Origin: the human T2T-CHM13v2.0 reference genome, Homo sapiens
Assembly: GCF_009914755.1 (NCBI RefSeq)
Contig: NC_060947.1
Length of the DNA stretch: 64,000 nt
Strand: one strand, 5' to 3'
Shown: piece by piece, positions 35,697 through 50,170 of the stretch
How the letters are laid out: every line of letters begins with the position of its first letter
Position numbering within the stretch: the first letter of the stretch is position 1
Made by a program: the position numbers and the translations under genes
The notes under the pieces: model-generated
Databases searched by the model: none
The model's input: the letters and a program-made list of their open reading frames with translations, nothing else
Told to the model about the DNA's origin: nothing

Positions 35697-38600
35697 TTAC
35701 TTTTGATTTTAACTATAAGCAAATGAAGGGACTTGCTGAGCAAATTATCCTACCTACCTGCACCTCCTCCAACATATCTGTTTTACACAGGTTGTTTTCA
35801 CATTATGAAATGGATATTTTTAAAAGTATAAATTGATTTCCCAGGTCATATTCATTACTGAAAAAAAAAATTAGGGTTTGAATTATAGTAACAGATGTAT
35901 TTGGTTCTTGATGCCACCTAATTTAAATTTTACTGAAATTCTGACCCCAAAAATGCTCTATCCCCTGTTCCTACTTTTTATCTCCCTCTGAAAAAAGGAA
36001 TTGGTCAGAAAGGAAACAGTCCTCTGTTTTCCTATAGGTACTTCATGCTCAGAGCATGGCCACTTCTCTCTGCTGCTGCTGTAGCATTGGTTGTGTTATA
36101 TAGCTGCTTCAGAGTCAACCACCAACCTCCAACTGCTTAAACAAGATTCACAGTGATTTCTGTGCTGGACAGAAAAGACCTTTCCAGTCAAGAGACAACC
36201 TGGCTTCTAAAAGCTCACAAATATTTGGTACCTCTTTCAGGTTTACAGCACCCTCTGTTGGGAAAAGTTTGCCAAATCCAGAAACTGTGCAATAGCCTTA
36301 ACGTTGCTCAACCAGTCCTGAAATTGTGCCACATGGAAGTTCTACTGCTTTTTAATAGAAATGATTCTCAGACTTTCCAAGACCCATGCCCATAGAGCTC
36401 TGGCCTGAATCAAAGTTGACAGTTCGACATCTGCAGCTCCTAAAGAACAGGGCAATTTCCCAGTCCCTGAATGAGCCTGTATGAGAGGCTTTGGAGACAC
36501 TTGGCCAAAATGGTGGGAAATGTGAGTTGTTGGACAAGTTATAATGACAAAGACAGATTGAATATTTAAATATTATATACATTCCTATTAAATATGAATG
36601 GCATATAGTATATCAGGGAAATATTCTCAAAGGTTCAATTTCGGTTTACCATCTTCAACATATGTAAGTTCTCTTAAAAGTGCTAAATCACTTTCTGCCA
36701 CATTTTGAAGAGCACGTCCATGCCAAGAAAAGGCGTAACTCAGATTGCATTTTAGCCTAATTTCTGAGACACTGGGCTTTTAAAATAGAACCCAGTAGGT
36801 ATTCATTAATGTGCTACGTCTGCCATCCTTTAAAATAGAAAATGTAGCTCATTTCTTTCACTGTTTACTTGCATCACATTGATGTTTTTGTTAGTTCCAC
36901 GATACTTAACAGTTTTAGATTAAATCATCTTGATGCGTTCCCATCCTGTATGTGTCATACATGTCCTCTGTTCACAGAGTAAAATGTGTAGTTACTGTGA
37001 ATTCCATGAAACACAAACTACTATGCAAAATGATTTTTTCCCTAAAACAAAATCTAATTTATATCTCGAGGCTCCATTTTCTGTTGTTGAACACTTCATC
37101 TTAGGTGATTCAAGCTTAACTCAATGAATATAAGCTTTTCTCAGTTAAGTTGTGTTTCTTCCTCATACCCTGCATTTTTCCCAGCATATGAAAGCTCCAA
37201 GGGTCTAATACCACAGCATTGTTGGGAAGGGGTGTCTATTTCTTCGTCCTTGGCCAATATTCCTGTTAGCATCTGCCGAAATCCATATAATATCCCGCCA
37301 AAGGTCCGTGTGAGACACACTGTATCCGCTTAATTCTGTTATCTTTTGGTCTGTCACTCTTTTCTTAGCTACCACGTTCTCCACTAATAGCAGATAGAAA
37401 ATATTTAGATACCCTCCCCTCCCTCTCTTGGGCCTCAGAAAACTACTGGAACTGTATCAAGCCCTCTATCATAGACCCACCACACCACCATTTCCATGGT
37501 ACTGCTGCTGAACTATGGTGGCACCAGAGACCTTTCAAGGTCTATGACCACCGTGGACTTCACCTGAAGTATAAAGCATGGGTGCTTCTCTCTTTCAGAT
37601 CCCCAAATCTATTTTCAGTTTCTATTTCCCCCACCCCAACTCAGGGACACAGCTTGTGAAGAGGAATTCTCAGAATCACTTCTGAGAAGTACTAACCAGA
37701 GCTTCCTCTCTTGCTTCTTAAATATTCTCTGTTTTCCTCCAGTTCAGAGGATCTCTTATTTCCTCTGGTGTGGGAAAATTTGCTTATACATCATTATGCA
37801 TTCTTCCAAATCAATTTTTTATGACTTTGGGTTCTGACTCTCAATGCCTAGGCTTCTGAAAGTTTTCTCTCTAAATTGTTTCTTTACCACTAGTTCCAAA
37901 ATAGACTTTAAATTGATTTTTTCTCTGCATTTCTTCCATAACCTTTATGTCCTGAGGCAGTGAATGTCAAGGTCTAGTTTGAAATGGAGAGAGCTTCGAG
38001 GTAAAAGGACATTCAAGAAAATTGGAAAACATATTGGTTAATACTTCTAAATGTTATATTGTAACAATAAAATTTCCAAATAACACTGTTATGAAAGTTT
38101 GGGGATATGCCCTGGGATTGCCAACTGGAGCATATAAGAATTAAAACATTTCTTTTCAGCATCAACAACTATTACAATTACACACATTTTCTTAAGCCAT
38201 TTACCTGTCAACAACATTGTTCTTCTCTGTGCATTGAAAGTGGAAGAGACCCACTCCATAAAGAATGATGCCAAACGTTGTGAAAACCTGCCCTTCTCTA
38301 CGAGTCAACAGGTTGCTTCTAGTTAATGAATGAGGAGAAAAATAGAACAAGTGTGCTCCACTCTAATCTTAGAAACTCAAACCCTTGAGCAGGGGAAGTC
38401 TTTTTCAAGCTGCTAATTTTCTGTTCTGGTTCCAATTTGTTGGTTGAGAGATAGAGGATATAGAAATCTCCTTCAGATATACAACATTTCTTTTAAAACT
38501 TAAGATTTACTGCCTTTTTTATTTCTCCTTTTCACCTGAAATCTTTTCTGTTATTTGATGTTGCCTCCACCTGCTATGTGTACTCACATAAACATGCCTT

Positions 38601-38805
38601 GTCAGGATAGTATACAAGGATGTCACCAGCACCAAAATGAATCTTTCTGGTAACAAGTATCACAACAACCCATCCCCCACTTAATTAAATGTTGCTCCTC
38701 TGATGGCCATGTTGTTTCATCATGGTGATGTATCAGCTCCCAAAAGCTTTACTACCTTATTCTGGGACTCTTTGACTAATATCACTGTTGCCCCTTATGC
38801 TCATA

Positions 38806-38850
38806 CTAGGTTGGTGCAAAAGTCATTGTAGTTTTTGCCATTCCTTTCAA
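38806..38850. mobile_element. Half MADE1 (Hsmar1 MITE)
   Basis: TAGGTTGGTGCAAAAGTCATTGTAGTTTTTGCCATT matches one Hsmar1 TIR arm. Confidence 0.8.
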
Positions 38851-38926
38851 TAGATAAAGAATAGAGACTTTCTAGTAGAAAAAGAAATTCTGTCATTACC
38901 TACATCTTAATAGGTACACTATATTG

Positions 38927-39517
38927 TCTAGTATTAACTCTGTGTCAACCACCCTCATAGTCTCCTATGCAATACAGTGAAGCAGCTGAGAACCACATTT
39001 CCCAGAGTATCCTTCCTCATGTTAAAATTTGCCAATGAAAGACATACAGAATATGGGAAACAGAAGAGAAGGAGGGGTCATTACTCTCTGGAAACAACTG
39101 CAGTCAGACAAGTGGGCAGACATGACGTTTGAAGGAACTTCTTAAGAATCACCGACATCCCTGTTTTGTATATCATACTTGTATAGTTATAGTTGGTTAG
39201 AGTCCTCCAAACATTTCTGGCATTCACAGCAGCTTCAAGGGACATTCTTGAGACCCGCTCACTTCACTGCTGCAGATTGAAATAGTTAGGGAATCTTCTA
39301 AATGTTCCTGGGATTTGCTGTGGCTTTGGGATGACCTTAGGAGAACCACCTGCTTCAATGCTGAAGGCTGAATTCACTGGCTGTGGCTTCCTTGACCTTT
39401 GCTCCGCCTGTTTTTTCCTTTCAAATGTTGAATAACTTTCAATTCCCCCAACTAAAACTTTCATACTTTCCATATATAGAGTGGCTCTGATTTCTTGATC
39501 TAGCCCTAATTAATACA
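38927..39517 (+). mobile_element. ERVL LTR, LTR33-like
   Basis: AACCACATTTCCCAGAG motif and terminus AGAGTGGCTCTGATTTCTTGATCTAGCCCTAATTAATACA. Confidence 0.55.
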
Positions 39518-42500
39518 TTAAACTTTATCCCCCTCCACTTTGTGAATTTAGTGAAACCCTTAATAAGATTTCTAAATTCCAATCTCTCCCTATTTGGGAC
39601 AAATAGAAGCATCCTCTAAAGTGTTCACACTGGTTTGAATTAGTCCAAGTAGAGGTTGTAAGTATCTTTCTTTTTCTGTAGTAACTTCATCATTTCACAC
39701 GGTAAGATGAGATCAAGGTGTTAAAACATTTACATTGAGATGATTGTTGCATCCACAGAACCTCATACTTCCTAAATTTCTGGAACATGTAGCACTAAAG
39801 CTCCCATTGTCTTTTTTATGGGTAGATCCTCTTTGAGCCTTGAAGACTAGGTTCAATGGCCTATAAGTTATTCATTTGCTTCTTACTAGTTTTAGCATTT
39901 GTGATTGCAAAGAATAATTCATTAGTTGCATAATTACTACCAAAAATAAATTATTCAATATATATACCTAGAGAAATTTTCTTCATAAAAGGTTAATTCT
40001 GTGTATCTGTTAATTCATGCCCATCTCAGAAAGTATACTCTGTCTGTTTGAAAGGACCATTTTGAAGATTTAATGAATCTTAAAATCTTCTTAAGTTCCT
40101 GAATACATTATTGACCAATCAAAACTTTGCTGAAATGTCCACTTACCCTCTGATACACTTAGGTACTTATCATACTTCAACAGATCTGATTGATCAAGAT
40201 TATAGCTGAGACTTGGCTAAAATATTGGCAGATGTTTCCTTATAAAAGTTCACTTCTGAAGACATTACAGTCTTAAAAAGCTGTCATTGATATTTGAAAG
40301 ACTACCTTATATAAGTGATGTGCTATTCTGATTTAATTATGAAAGCAAATGGAAAGCTAAGGGGTTTATACTCTGGAATGTGAAATAATGGTGTTAAGCC
40401 ATCATGTCTCAGTTTTTTGGATATAAAGGAGTAAAAGTTTGTCTTGTTAAGCATTAAATGAATGTCAAAAATATGGAAACAGAAATTGGAATTTGGGGTT
40501 TGTTTGCTGCACCAGGTGGACTCCAGCTATCAGAACCAATAAAACACCTGTTGAATCCTTTAGAATAGGCATGTTATACATTTGTTTTGACCATTGGGAC
40601 ATAAGAGGCAAATACGACAATCAGCAACTTCACTGAAGGCATCACCAAGTTACACACTCCTATGAATTCTTCATGTAAATCTAGAATAAAAATGAACAAA
40701 TTCATAACTGTTCAAGGTATGCAGAATTTCCAGACTTCCACATTGTCTCTTATTTGGCCTATAATCGTCTTAGAAATACTCATAAAGCTCTGAACAAGTA
40801 CTACAGTATAAGCTTTGGGAAGAAAGTTGAAGGTTAAAGAGTGTGTGTCAAGCGAACGTGCAAAATAGGTATTGTACCATAGACACTCCTTTTCTCCTGC
40901 TAAAAACATCCTTTTTGTCTCTAGCCATTCAGTATCCTCATGTTCCCTCAGCTACATCTGTGATAATAAATAGTCTGATAAACTCATCCATTCCAAAAAA
41001 TCATTGATGTGCTGTTCAAAGGAAATTTTTAGCTAAAGAGAATTACTGGACAAGTAATGATAAAACCTAATCATTGCTAATAAATATTATTGGAGCAACT
41101 AAAATGGTACAAAAAGACATTTGGAGTCAGGGACACATTCCTAGTATCCTTTAAATCACAGCATATTTTACTTCTATGTAACACTGAGCTTGTTTATTTT
41201 TCTATTTCTTTTTATTTATTAATGTCTATGTTCTATTTATCTGAACTCAGATTTGGTATCAGCAGCCGACCTAGGCTTTCCTTACCAAAATAAGTTAACA
41301 CAGGTGAGTGTCCAGATACTCAAGATTTACATACCAGGTTCACACATTGCTAAATCTAAACTAATTTTCTTTTTATTCTATTTCAAACTCCACTACTGAG
41401 CCACCCAGTGAACTCCATGTTTCCATTACAAAGCCAGTACTAGTAGAAAAGCCGTGACCTGTAAGAAGAGCTCAAAATAATGGTGGAATAAAAGGGAAAA
41501 AATGTCAAAAGAATTCATTAGGTTATAATAAAGTTGTGTAATAAGGACATCACTAAAATTCCACAAGAAATTCTTACATAAGAACATTCAAGGAAACACC
41601 TGTACACTACCTTCCTATACTTGTTCTTATGAGAGAAATAGTGATCCATGATTTATAAATCCAATAGTACTTAATACAGTCAGAAAGTTGTATTTATCCC
41701 ATTATTCCCTTTGTAACTTTTTAATTCTCTCACTGCCTCTATCAGCCCTCAGGGGATACCAGCTGTGTTTCAGGACCCATAAAGAACCTGATTAGAGAAA
41801 CAGGATATGAGAAAGCTAATTATAGATGAAGGCAATTCAAACTACAAAATAGCTACAGGAAAGAAAACATTTGGCCAAGATGAATTTGGCAAAATGAAAA
41901 AGTGCACAGCCATCTTCTGCTAGGCCTATCCCTAGGTAAGAAGAAACTAGAACCCACCCCCGACTACCTGCAAAAGGAAAATTCTTTGGGAAAATATTTT
42001 TAAATGTGTTTTCTAAGTCACACACAGAGAGATATTGTAATTACCCAGAGGAAATCTGGTCACTCAACTTCCTGTTTCTTTCTTATCTTTCACTCACAAA
42101 GTTACATAAAGGTAGGTGGAACTATCCAACAATAAACCAGACTGATAATTATTACAGTGTGCTTAATGACAAGTAAAAAGTGCACTTGCTCTAAGTCAGA
42201 GCTGCCAACTTGAGAATAAAGAAAAGATCTGAAGACAAACATAATAACTCAGTGATTAGACTGAGGGCAATGATGCTATTGCCATGGAAACCATTGAAAA
42301 GTACCCAAAATGTATTGTAAATACCATCTCTTTGTTGTATTACTTATTTATTTGTCAAAAAGCTCTCTAATGTGTTCAATAATATTAATTGAGAAGAACA
42401 AATATTTTAAAGGTTATGTCTCAAAATATTTTGTAGCCAATATTCTATGAACAAAATAACATGAAAAATTGGCAACAGGATGGCAGTAAATTCCGAAGTT

Positions 42501-42637
42501 TGGAGGTATGCTTAATTGACTTTGGTTTTGCCTGGAATTTCTTGACAGAGATATTGTGCCCTGGCAATACAAACATGCCTTATATATAACATGAAATAGT
42601 CTCTATGATTTGCATGTGCCAACATAGTATTTTCTAA

Positions 42638-42949
<312 letters not shown>

Positions 42950-44349
42950 ATTTAATTGCATTTTTAACATTTCATACCATCGGCCTCCTTTCTTCTGTTT
43001 CTAAACAGAATGAACGTCCTAAAACAAGAAAATTAAGCAAGATATCTTCTGTTGCACAACCTGTTTTTGTTCATTACCAATTTAAATTAACTTGACAATC
43101 ATTGAATAATCCCAACAAAGTGGTATTAGGTGCTGAAATAGCAATGGTGCTATTTAAAATTCATAGATGATGACACACAGTAAGTACTAAATAAATATTT
43201 TGGAATGAATGAATCTATTATTAAAAGTCCCACAATTAAAACATCTTTTCACAAATTCCAAATCTGCTCTTCTAGATCCATGAACCAACCAAGATTTTTT
43301 TTTTTCTTTTGGTCTATTTCACTACTCCAATTTATAAACAGACATGAAAACCCCAAACAGCTTTCCTCTCTTTCCCTAGGAGGGCACCTATCACAAATAT
43401 CAAGGATTTTATTTGATTTTCACATTATGCCAAAGTAACACCAATAGCTTAGACTCAGAATTTCTACCTAACTTTAGTTGCACATAATGTCTCTTCCTGT
43501 CTTAGAGAAAAAAGATCGATGTCAGTATTGATTCACTTAACACTAAGGCCTGACAACATAACGTAATTGTAAAATAGCCTCTCCATCATTTCAACAAATT
43601 GGAGAGAAACATCTTCAAAAACACAGTTCATGAACACATTTAGGAACTCTATAAAAGAGGCACATATGTGTGGAGACAATTTTTGGAACTACAATTTTGT
43701 GATTCCATGGAAAAAATAGCTAAACTACATTTCAACACTTGCAATTTTTAAATAATTACAGTTCCCACCTGTGTGCTAAGATTTCTGGTTGTAAAAATGT
43801 GGATGCTGGCTTATTCTGCAACAAAACTGAAACATAATAATGAGGACAATGGATTCTACTTCTAGGATTCCCCTCCCTTAGGGATTACAACTTCTTTTCA
43901 ATGGTTCACTCCATTAATCCTTATACCATCCATCCAAGTTGGGCAGGAGGTAACCATATCATCCTGGTTCTATACACAGAGGAATTGATCTGCTGAAAGA
44001 TTAAGTGATTTGCTTGCAATCAGACAATGAGCCAGAAATGGAGTGGGGCAAAGGAACATGGTGTGACAAAAAAGACTAAGGATAAAAAGCAATAAGGAAA
44101 GTAGGGAACCTGGTGTACTAGTCAACCCATTGCACTCAATTGGAGTTCTAAATGTATAACCAAACCACAGAAAAAAGAAAAAAAAAGTAATATTTGATGG
44201 AGAAGCAGTGCAAGAAGGTCTCATGATTATGAATTTTCAAAACTAAAGACAGCAATTTTAAACCACAATAAACATGCGGCAAGATAAGCTACCTGGCTGA
44301 CACTGAGCTGCAAATTCAGACTCCCAATGCTTTATGTTTATGTCTCTTG

Positions 44350-45000
44350 TAAAGTTACTTACTACATATTCTGGAGGACTTTATAATTCCATCATCATGT
44401 CAACAAGTGCTTTCATTTGTGAACCAAGGCACATAAGACCTCTTAATCCCCAAACTGAATGTTTCCCTGTCTCTTCCATTTTATACCTACTTAATTGTTT
44501 CACCTCTTTCTTAGTCACCTTGGCTAGGCACTATAGATCTCAAAGCATTTTGGAGTTAGATAGAATAGCTTAAAAAATCACTTAGTCCTACGTTCTGCAA
44601 AGGATTAAGTAAATCAAATATCCCTCAAAAAAAAGTGTGTGGTCAAGTAAGTATGTAAAACACTTCGTTTTCAACTCCTTTTTAGAGTTTTACAGTACAT
44701 GTAAATACATTAAGTGTTCTGACATGTTAACCTGTAAATAAACTGTTTCATTTGTTAAAGTCAAATTTTCAAAAATATTTACCCATCAAACCATTATTGT
44801 GCAAGTGTATCACATCTGTATAACACCTGTGGAACGTATTTGGGAACACATATAAAGTCTAACTCATTTATTTCACATTTTACAGAACACAGAGGGAGAA
44901 ATAAATCATGCGCCCAAGGTCACAACAGCTAACAGGAACAGAGGCAGGATGTGCAGTGAGGTCTCCAGAATCCTAAACCTGTTTTCTTTCCATTAAGTCA
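44350..45000. mobile_element. Mixed L2, MIR and hAT remnants
   Basis: MIR motif CATTTTACAGA..GCCCAAGGTCACA near 44880-44925; the other parts are degenerate. Confidence 0.45.
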
Positions 45001-45127
45001 TTCTGTCTTTGACTCTTTCCTCACTTTTAACATATAAATCTGGCATTGTATTTTATCTATTATATCATGAATAGGTTTTCTGAAGAAAATATCCTCTTTC
45101 CATTCTCAATATCAATTAATTCTTTCT

Positions 45128-45510
45128 GTAGTTCTTAAACTTGGAAAATTATCAGAATCAACAGAGGAGCTTTTTATTTTTATTTTTGCCCCAGAACTGA
45201 GCAGATGGAGGAGCTTTTCAGAAGTAAAGATTCCTGGGCTTCAGATATATAGAATCAGAATCCCAAGGGTGGGAGCCAATATCACCTAGCTATGCATAAG
45301 TGATATTGGTGAGCCCTAAAGTATGAGAATTTATTCCTTTAGAACAGAATTTAGTGGGTCTAACATCTTCCTTGGGGTATTTTTGAAAAAGTAGATTAAG
45401 CCTTGTGCCTAGAAATTCTAATTTTGTAGATCTGGGATGGACCCTGATAATTGGAAGTTAACAATAATTTTCCCCTTTGCCCCAGGTAATTCTGATATAC
45501 ATGGACCTTA
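45128..45510. mobile_element. MER5A/B-like hAT fragments
   Basis: TAGTTCTTAAACTT..ATCAGAATCA..GGAGCTT and GTAGATCTGGGATGGACCCTG..CCCCAGGTAATTCTGAT. Confidence 0.6.
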
Positions 45511-45628
45511 GATGATGACTGCATTTGCCTGGACTTCTACATTGTTATCTTCTACATTCCATCCCATTCTACATACCATCTGGGAGTTATTTTTATCAAA
45601 TATGAACATGGTGTCATGTCTCTGCTTA

Positions 45629-45964
<336 letters not shown>

Positions 45965-46273
45965 CTACTTAATAAGGCATTCAAGTCTTATCTCTGCAGA
46001 CTGATTGCAACCTCCCAAAGAGACATCTTACACTCTAACCCTAAAAAGTTTTGTGCTGTTCCTATACATGCCTTGCTTAATCAGGCATCATTTTTACTTT
46101 CTAAAGGGTTACCAGTTACTGTGTGATTATGTTCACTACCTGATACTTGAAAGTCCCTTGACTACCATTACACTGGATCCTCTGACACTCCTCCCAATGA
46201 CATGAATGACGTGCTTCTAAAGATATTCCTACAGTACCTTCCTCCCTCCAGTTCTCTAAAGCTCATAGACAAT

Positions 46274-46642
46274 CCATGGAATACTATGCAGCCATAAAAA
46301 ATGATGAGTTCATGTCCTTTGTAGGGACATGGATGAAATTGGAAATCATCATTCTCAGTAAACTATCGCAAGAACAAAAAACCAAACACCGCATATTCTC
46401 ACTCATAGGTGGGAATTGAACAATAAGAGCACATGGACACAGGAAGGGGAACATCACACTCTGGGGACTGTTGTGGGGTGGGGGGAGGGGGGAGGGATAG
46501 CATTGGGAGATATACCTAATGCTAGATGACGAGTTAGTGGGTGCAGCACACCAGCATGGCACATGTATACATATGTAACTAACCTGCACAATGTGCACAT
46601 GTACCCTAAAACTTAAAGTATAATAATAATAATAAAAAAAAA
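46274..46642 (+). mobile_element. L1PA2-like 3' fragment
   Basis: AAATTGGAAATCATC, GCATTGGGAGA, GCTAGATGACGAGTTAGTGG (GAG rather than the L1HS-Ta ACA); low divergence. Confidence 0.9.
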
Positions 46643-46743
46643 GAATCTAACAATGGCAAGGATCCATTATGTTCTCAAATTTTTAAAAGTATATATTTAA
46701 TATGAGCTTTCTCAACCAGGTAAAGCTTTCAGATTAATTTTGA

Positions 46744-47183
<440 letters not shown>

Positions 47184-47726
47184 TGAGCTCATTCATGTAA
47201 ACATGTTGCTTCTCCTGGGAGAATTTGCCTTGCACTTGGCACACATATGCCTAACAAATGCATACATAGAATCTGCAGTCAGGTTGCAGGGTCCTACTGG
47301 AATTTAAGTAGAATTTTAGGCTTCAACAGGTGGCAATGTTCTGGTGTGGGTGGTCTTTTTGGCAAACTAAATTCATAGTAAAGAGGGCAGCCACTCTCTT
47401 CATTTATGCACAATGATCATTATTCCCTGATACTCTTCTATCAAATTGAAAAATATGTGATATCATACTAGCTAATTTAACTTCAACGACAAAGTTTAAA
47501 GAGCAGAATAGAGCATTCCAGAGTTTTAGAGTTTGCTTTTACCAATATTAGGAGAAGAAAAATGCTGAGTTATTTTTACATTTACTTTTTAACTCTAAGT
47601 TTTGGCTTTATACTTTGTAATAAGTGAGTTTTAATCAATTTTTCTTCATGCAACCGAAACCCTTGTTAAATGAAAGGCAACTGATCTCTCTATAGCTAAA
47701 ATCTTTGATATAAGTAGAATAAGATT

Positions 47727-48116
47727 TGCTATAATTTGAATGTGTCTTCCAAAGTTAACGTGTCGAAAACTTAACCCCAGTGCAACAGTATTGAGAGATG
47801 GGATCTTTAAGAGATGATTAGATCATAAGGGCTCTGCCTTCATGAATGGATTAATGCAGTTATTGCAGCAGTGGGTTTGTTACCATGGGAGTGAAGTCTT
47901 TACTCACCAAAGATGAGTTTGGCCCCTATTCTTGTTCTCTCTTGCTCATGTGATGCCTTCTGCCATGTTATGATGCAGCAAGAAGGTTCTCTCCAGATGT
48001 GTTCTCTCAATCTTAAACTTCCTAGCCTCTAGAAGTGTGAGCCAAATGCATTTCTGTTCATTATAAATTAATCAGTCTGTGGTATCTGTAATAGCAGCAT
48101 AAAGCAGACTGAGACA
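47727..48116 (+). mobile_element. MaLR solo LTR, MSTD-like
   Basis: TGCTATAATTTGAATGTG...GACTGAGACA; 5-bp TSD (A/G)GATT; CATGAATGGATTAATGC core. Confidence 0.85.
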
Positions 48117-48974
48117 GGATTGTTTTCTATGTGTTGTGTGATGGAAGGGGAATTAGACTAGATGCAGCAAACTTGGGAAGCTAATTTACCCAGTTTACTT
48201 ACTGTCCTCTTCCTCCATCTAGAAAGAAACCTTCCCTACATTGAGAAATGGGTTATTCTCACAGAATATATACCACATATCAAACTGTATTTACACAATA
48301 ACTTTAAAACTCATTCACTGACCAATCCACAAAAGTAGTAGCCTCAACCTGCAGCTTGGTAACAGTGACTATAGCTGTAAGCAAAGCTTTGCTCATGGTT
48401 GGAAAAGGCTTCACATAGAAAATGACACTTGTTAGTGTGTTTCATGTAGTTCAGCCGATACTTGTTGTGTGCCTCTATGTGAAAGGAACCATGGTGGACA
48501 TAAAGAATACAAAGATAAATAACACTTAATTCTTGACTTTGAGAATGAAGTGGAAGACAAAGTTCAATAAATAAATGAGCTCACCATATAAGAGATCTGA
48601 AAAAGGTGCTATGAGAAAATTAAGAATGTATACTTAGCCTTAGCTGAGGATTTGGAGATGAGCTAAATCATGAAGGATGAGCTGGATATAATCAAGTAAA
48701 GAAAGGTGGTAATGGAATTCCAGGAAGAGAGTGGGCAAAATGTGAGCAACAGGTTAGTAGCTTGGTACAGTACCTTAAAATGTACAGAAACCTAAAAAAA
48801 AGATTCCCACTATTACTGATTATAAGGTATGAGTGAACGATAAATGAAGCAGAAGCTCATGTCAGAAGTCAAATTCTATATCATGGGAGAATGTGCCCAT
48901 ATGAATAAACTCACACTTATCCAACCTTATCTTCTGCTTTTCCTTGATCCAGAACCTCATGATCCAGTACCATA

Positions 48975-49208
48975 CAGAGGTTAAGTACCCCTTACCCAAA
49001 ATTTTGGGACCAGAAGTGTTTTGGATTTTACAATTTTTTGGATTTTGAAATACTTGCACTACTGGCTTAGCATCCCTAATCCAAAACTCTAAAAATCTAA
49101 AATGCTCCAGTGAGAATTTCCTTTGAGTATCATGTTGGCACTCAAAAAGTTTCATATTTTGGAGCATTTCAGAGTTTACATTTTTATATTAGGATAGTCA
49201 ACATGTAT
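48975..49208. mobile_element. Tigger4a/MER46A
   Basis: TTGGGACCAGAAGTGTTTTGGATTTT and TCAAAAAGTTTCATATTTTGGAGCATTTC; TA-flanked. Confidence 0.8.
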
Positions 49209-49399
49209 ATTTTCCCAGCTTCTGCTAGTAGGTATTGGCTGGGTCCCTCAGCTCCTTTTGAAATTTAGTCCCTTTTCTCCCTTAAATGGCCAGCCCAGGG
49301 ACCAGGAGGGGAGGTGAGAGCATATCCTGATACAAATGCAAGTTGATTTGCAAGGCAGAAGCTTTTGCATAGTCTTCAAGCAATACTGGAGAGGCAGCC

Positions 49400-50170
49400 T
49401 GTAACAGGGAGAAATGAGCTACTTCAGGGGAATCTAGGCTTTCAAGGTTTTTGATGAATCAGTACAAATGTTTCCATCCCCCAGTATCAGGGTCCCACCC
49501 TTCCTAATAACCAGGCCTTGATCTTGGCAAGCAGATATTTTAGAACTGAGCATTCCTCTTTCTCAGCTCTTCAGTTACTCTTATGATCAGGTCCTGGACA
49601 AAATCCTTAGCTTTTCCTGCCCTATCACTACAGGAGATAACATTCTGTTTACATGATCCCAAACAGCTCCTATGGCTTTCACATTTGAACTTCCATTTCT
49701 GATTAATTACCCTTAGCCTTTCCTTCTTTTTCTCCAGTGAATTGATGGCATTTAACAAAAAACATTTGATTCCATTGCCCTTATTAGTAATATTCCACCC
49801 AAATATTTCAAAGGCCTATTTTACAACCTGTGAAAATGTTAATAAGTTTTTGTATGTCAGGGATTATCAGTGCTTTACCTACCCCTAGCAATGAAGACCC
49901 TAATTGCCAGCTAATTAGCAGCAGAACTAGCTGCAAAATCCCATTTTAGAGCCTGCTTCTTTCTATTATTTCTGAAACCATCCCTCCTAGATTGGGTTAC
50001 CTGGGAAACAGACCCTAAGGTCAAGATTTGCATTCAGGAAGTTTATTAGGAAGTGACCTTGGCATCAAAACCTGCAGGGAAGTGAAAGAAGTAGGATTAT
50101 AAAAGGGAAATAGTGATCTGTGAGGCAGTCTCAGCCAAGGCCTTTGCTAATCCCCCTGAGAAGATTGGAA
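49400..50170 (-). mobile_element. Ancient ERVL remnant: gag-like internal piece plus LTR16-like LTR (ERV3-16A3-type)
   Basis: ORF 49540-49758 (..VISCSDRAGKAKDFVQDLIIRV..) aligns by eye with HERV-L gag LISCRERTEIVEKQTQALIIRV in this window; LTR16-like GGGTTACCTGGGAAACAGACCCTAAGG..AGTTTATTAGGAAGTG at 49990-50070. Confidence 0.6.

Noticed and set aside
40712-40909. Minus-strand ORF with an acceptor-like start
   Set aside because: No convincing donor or recognisable protein.
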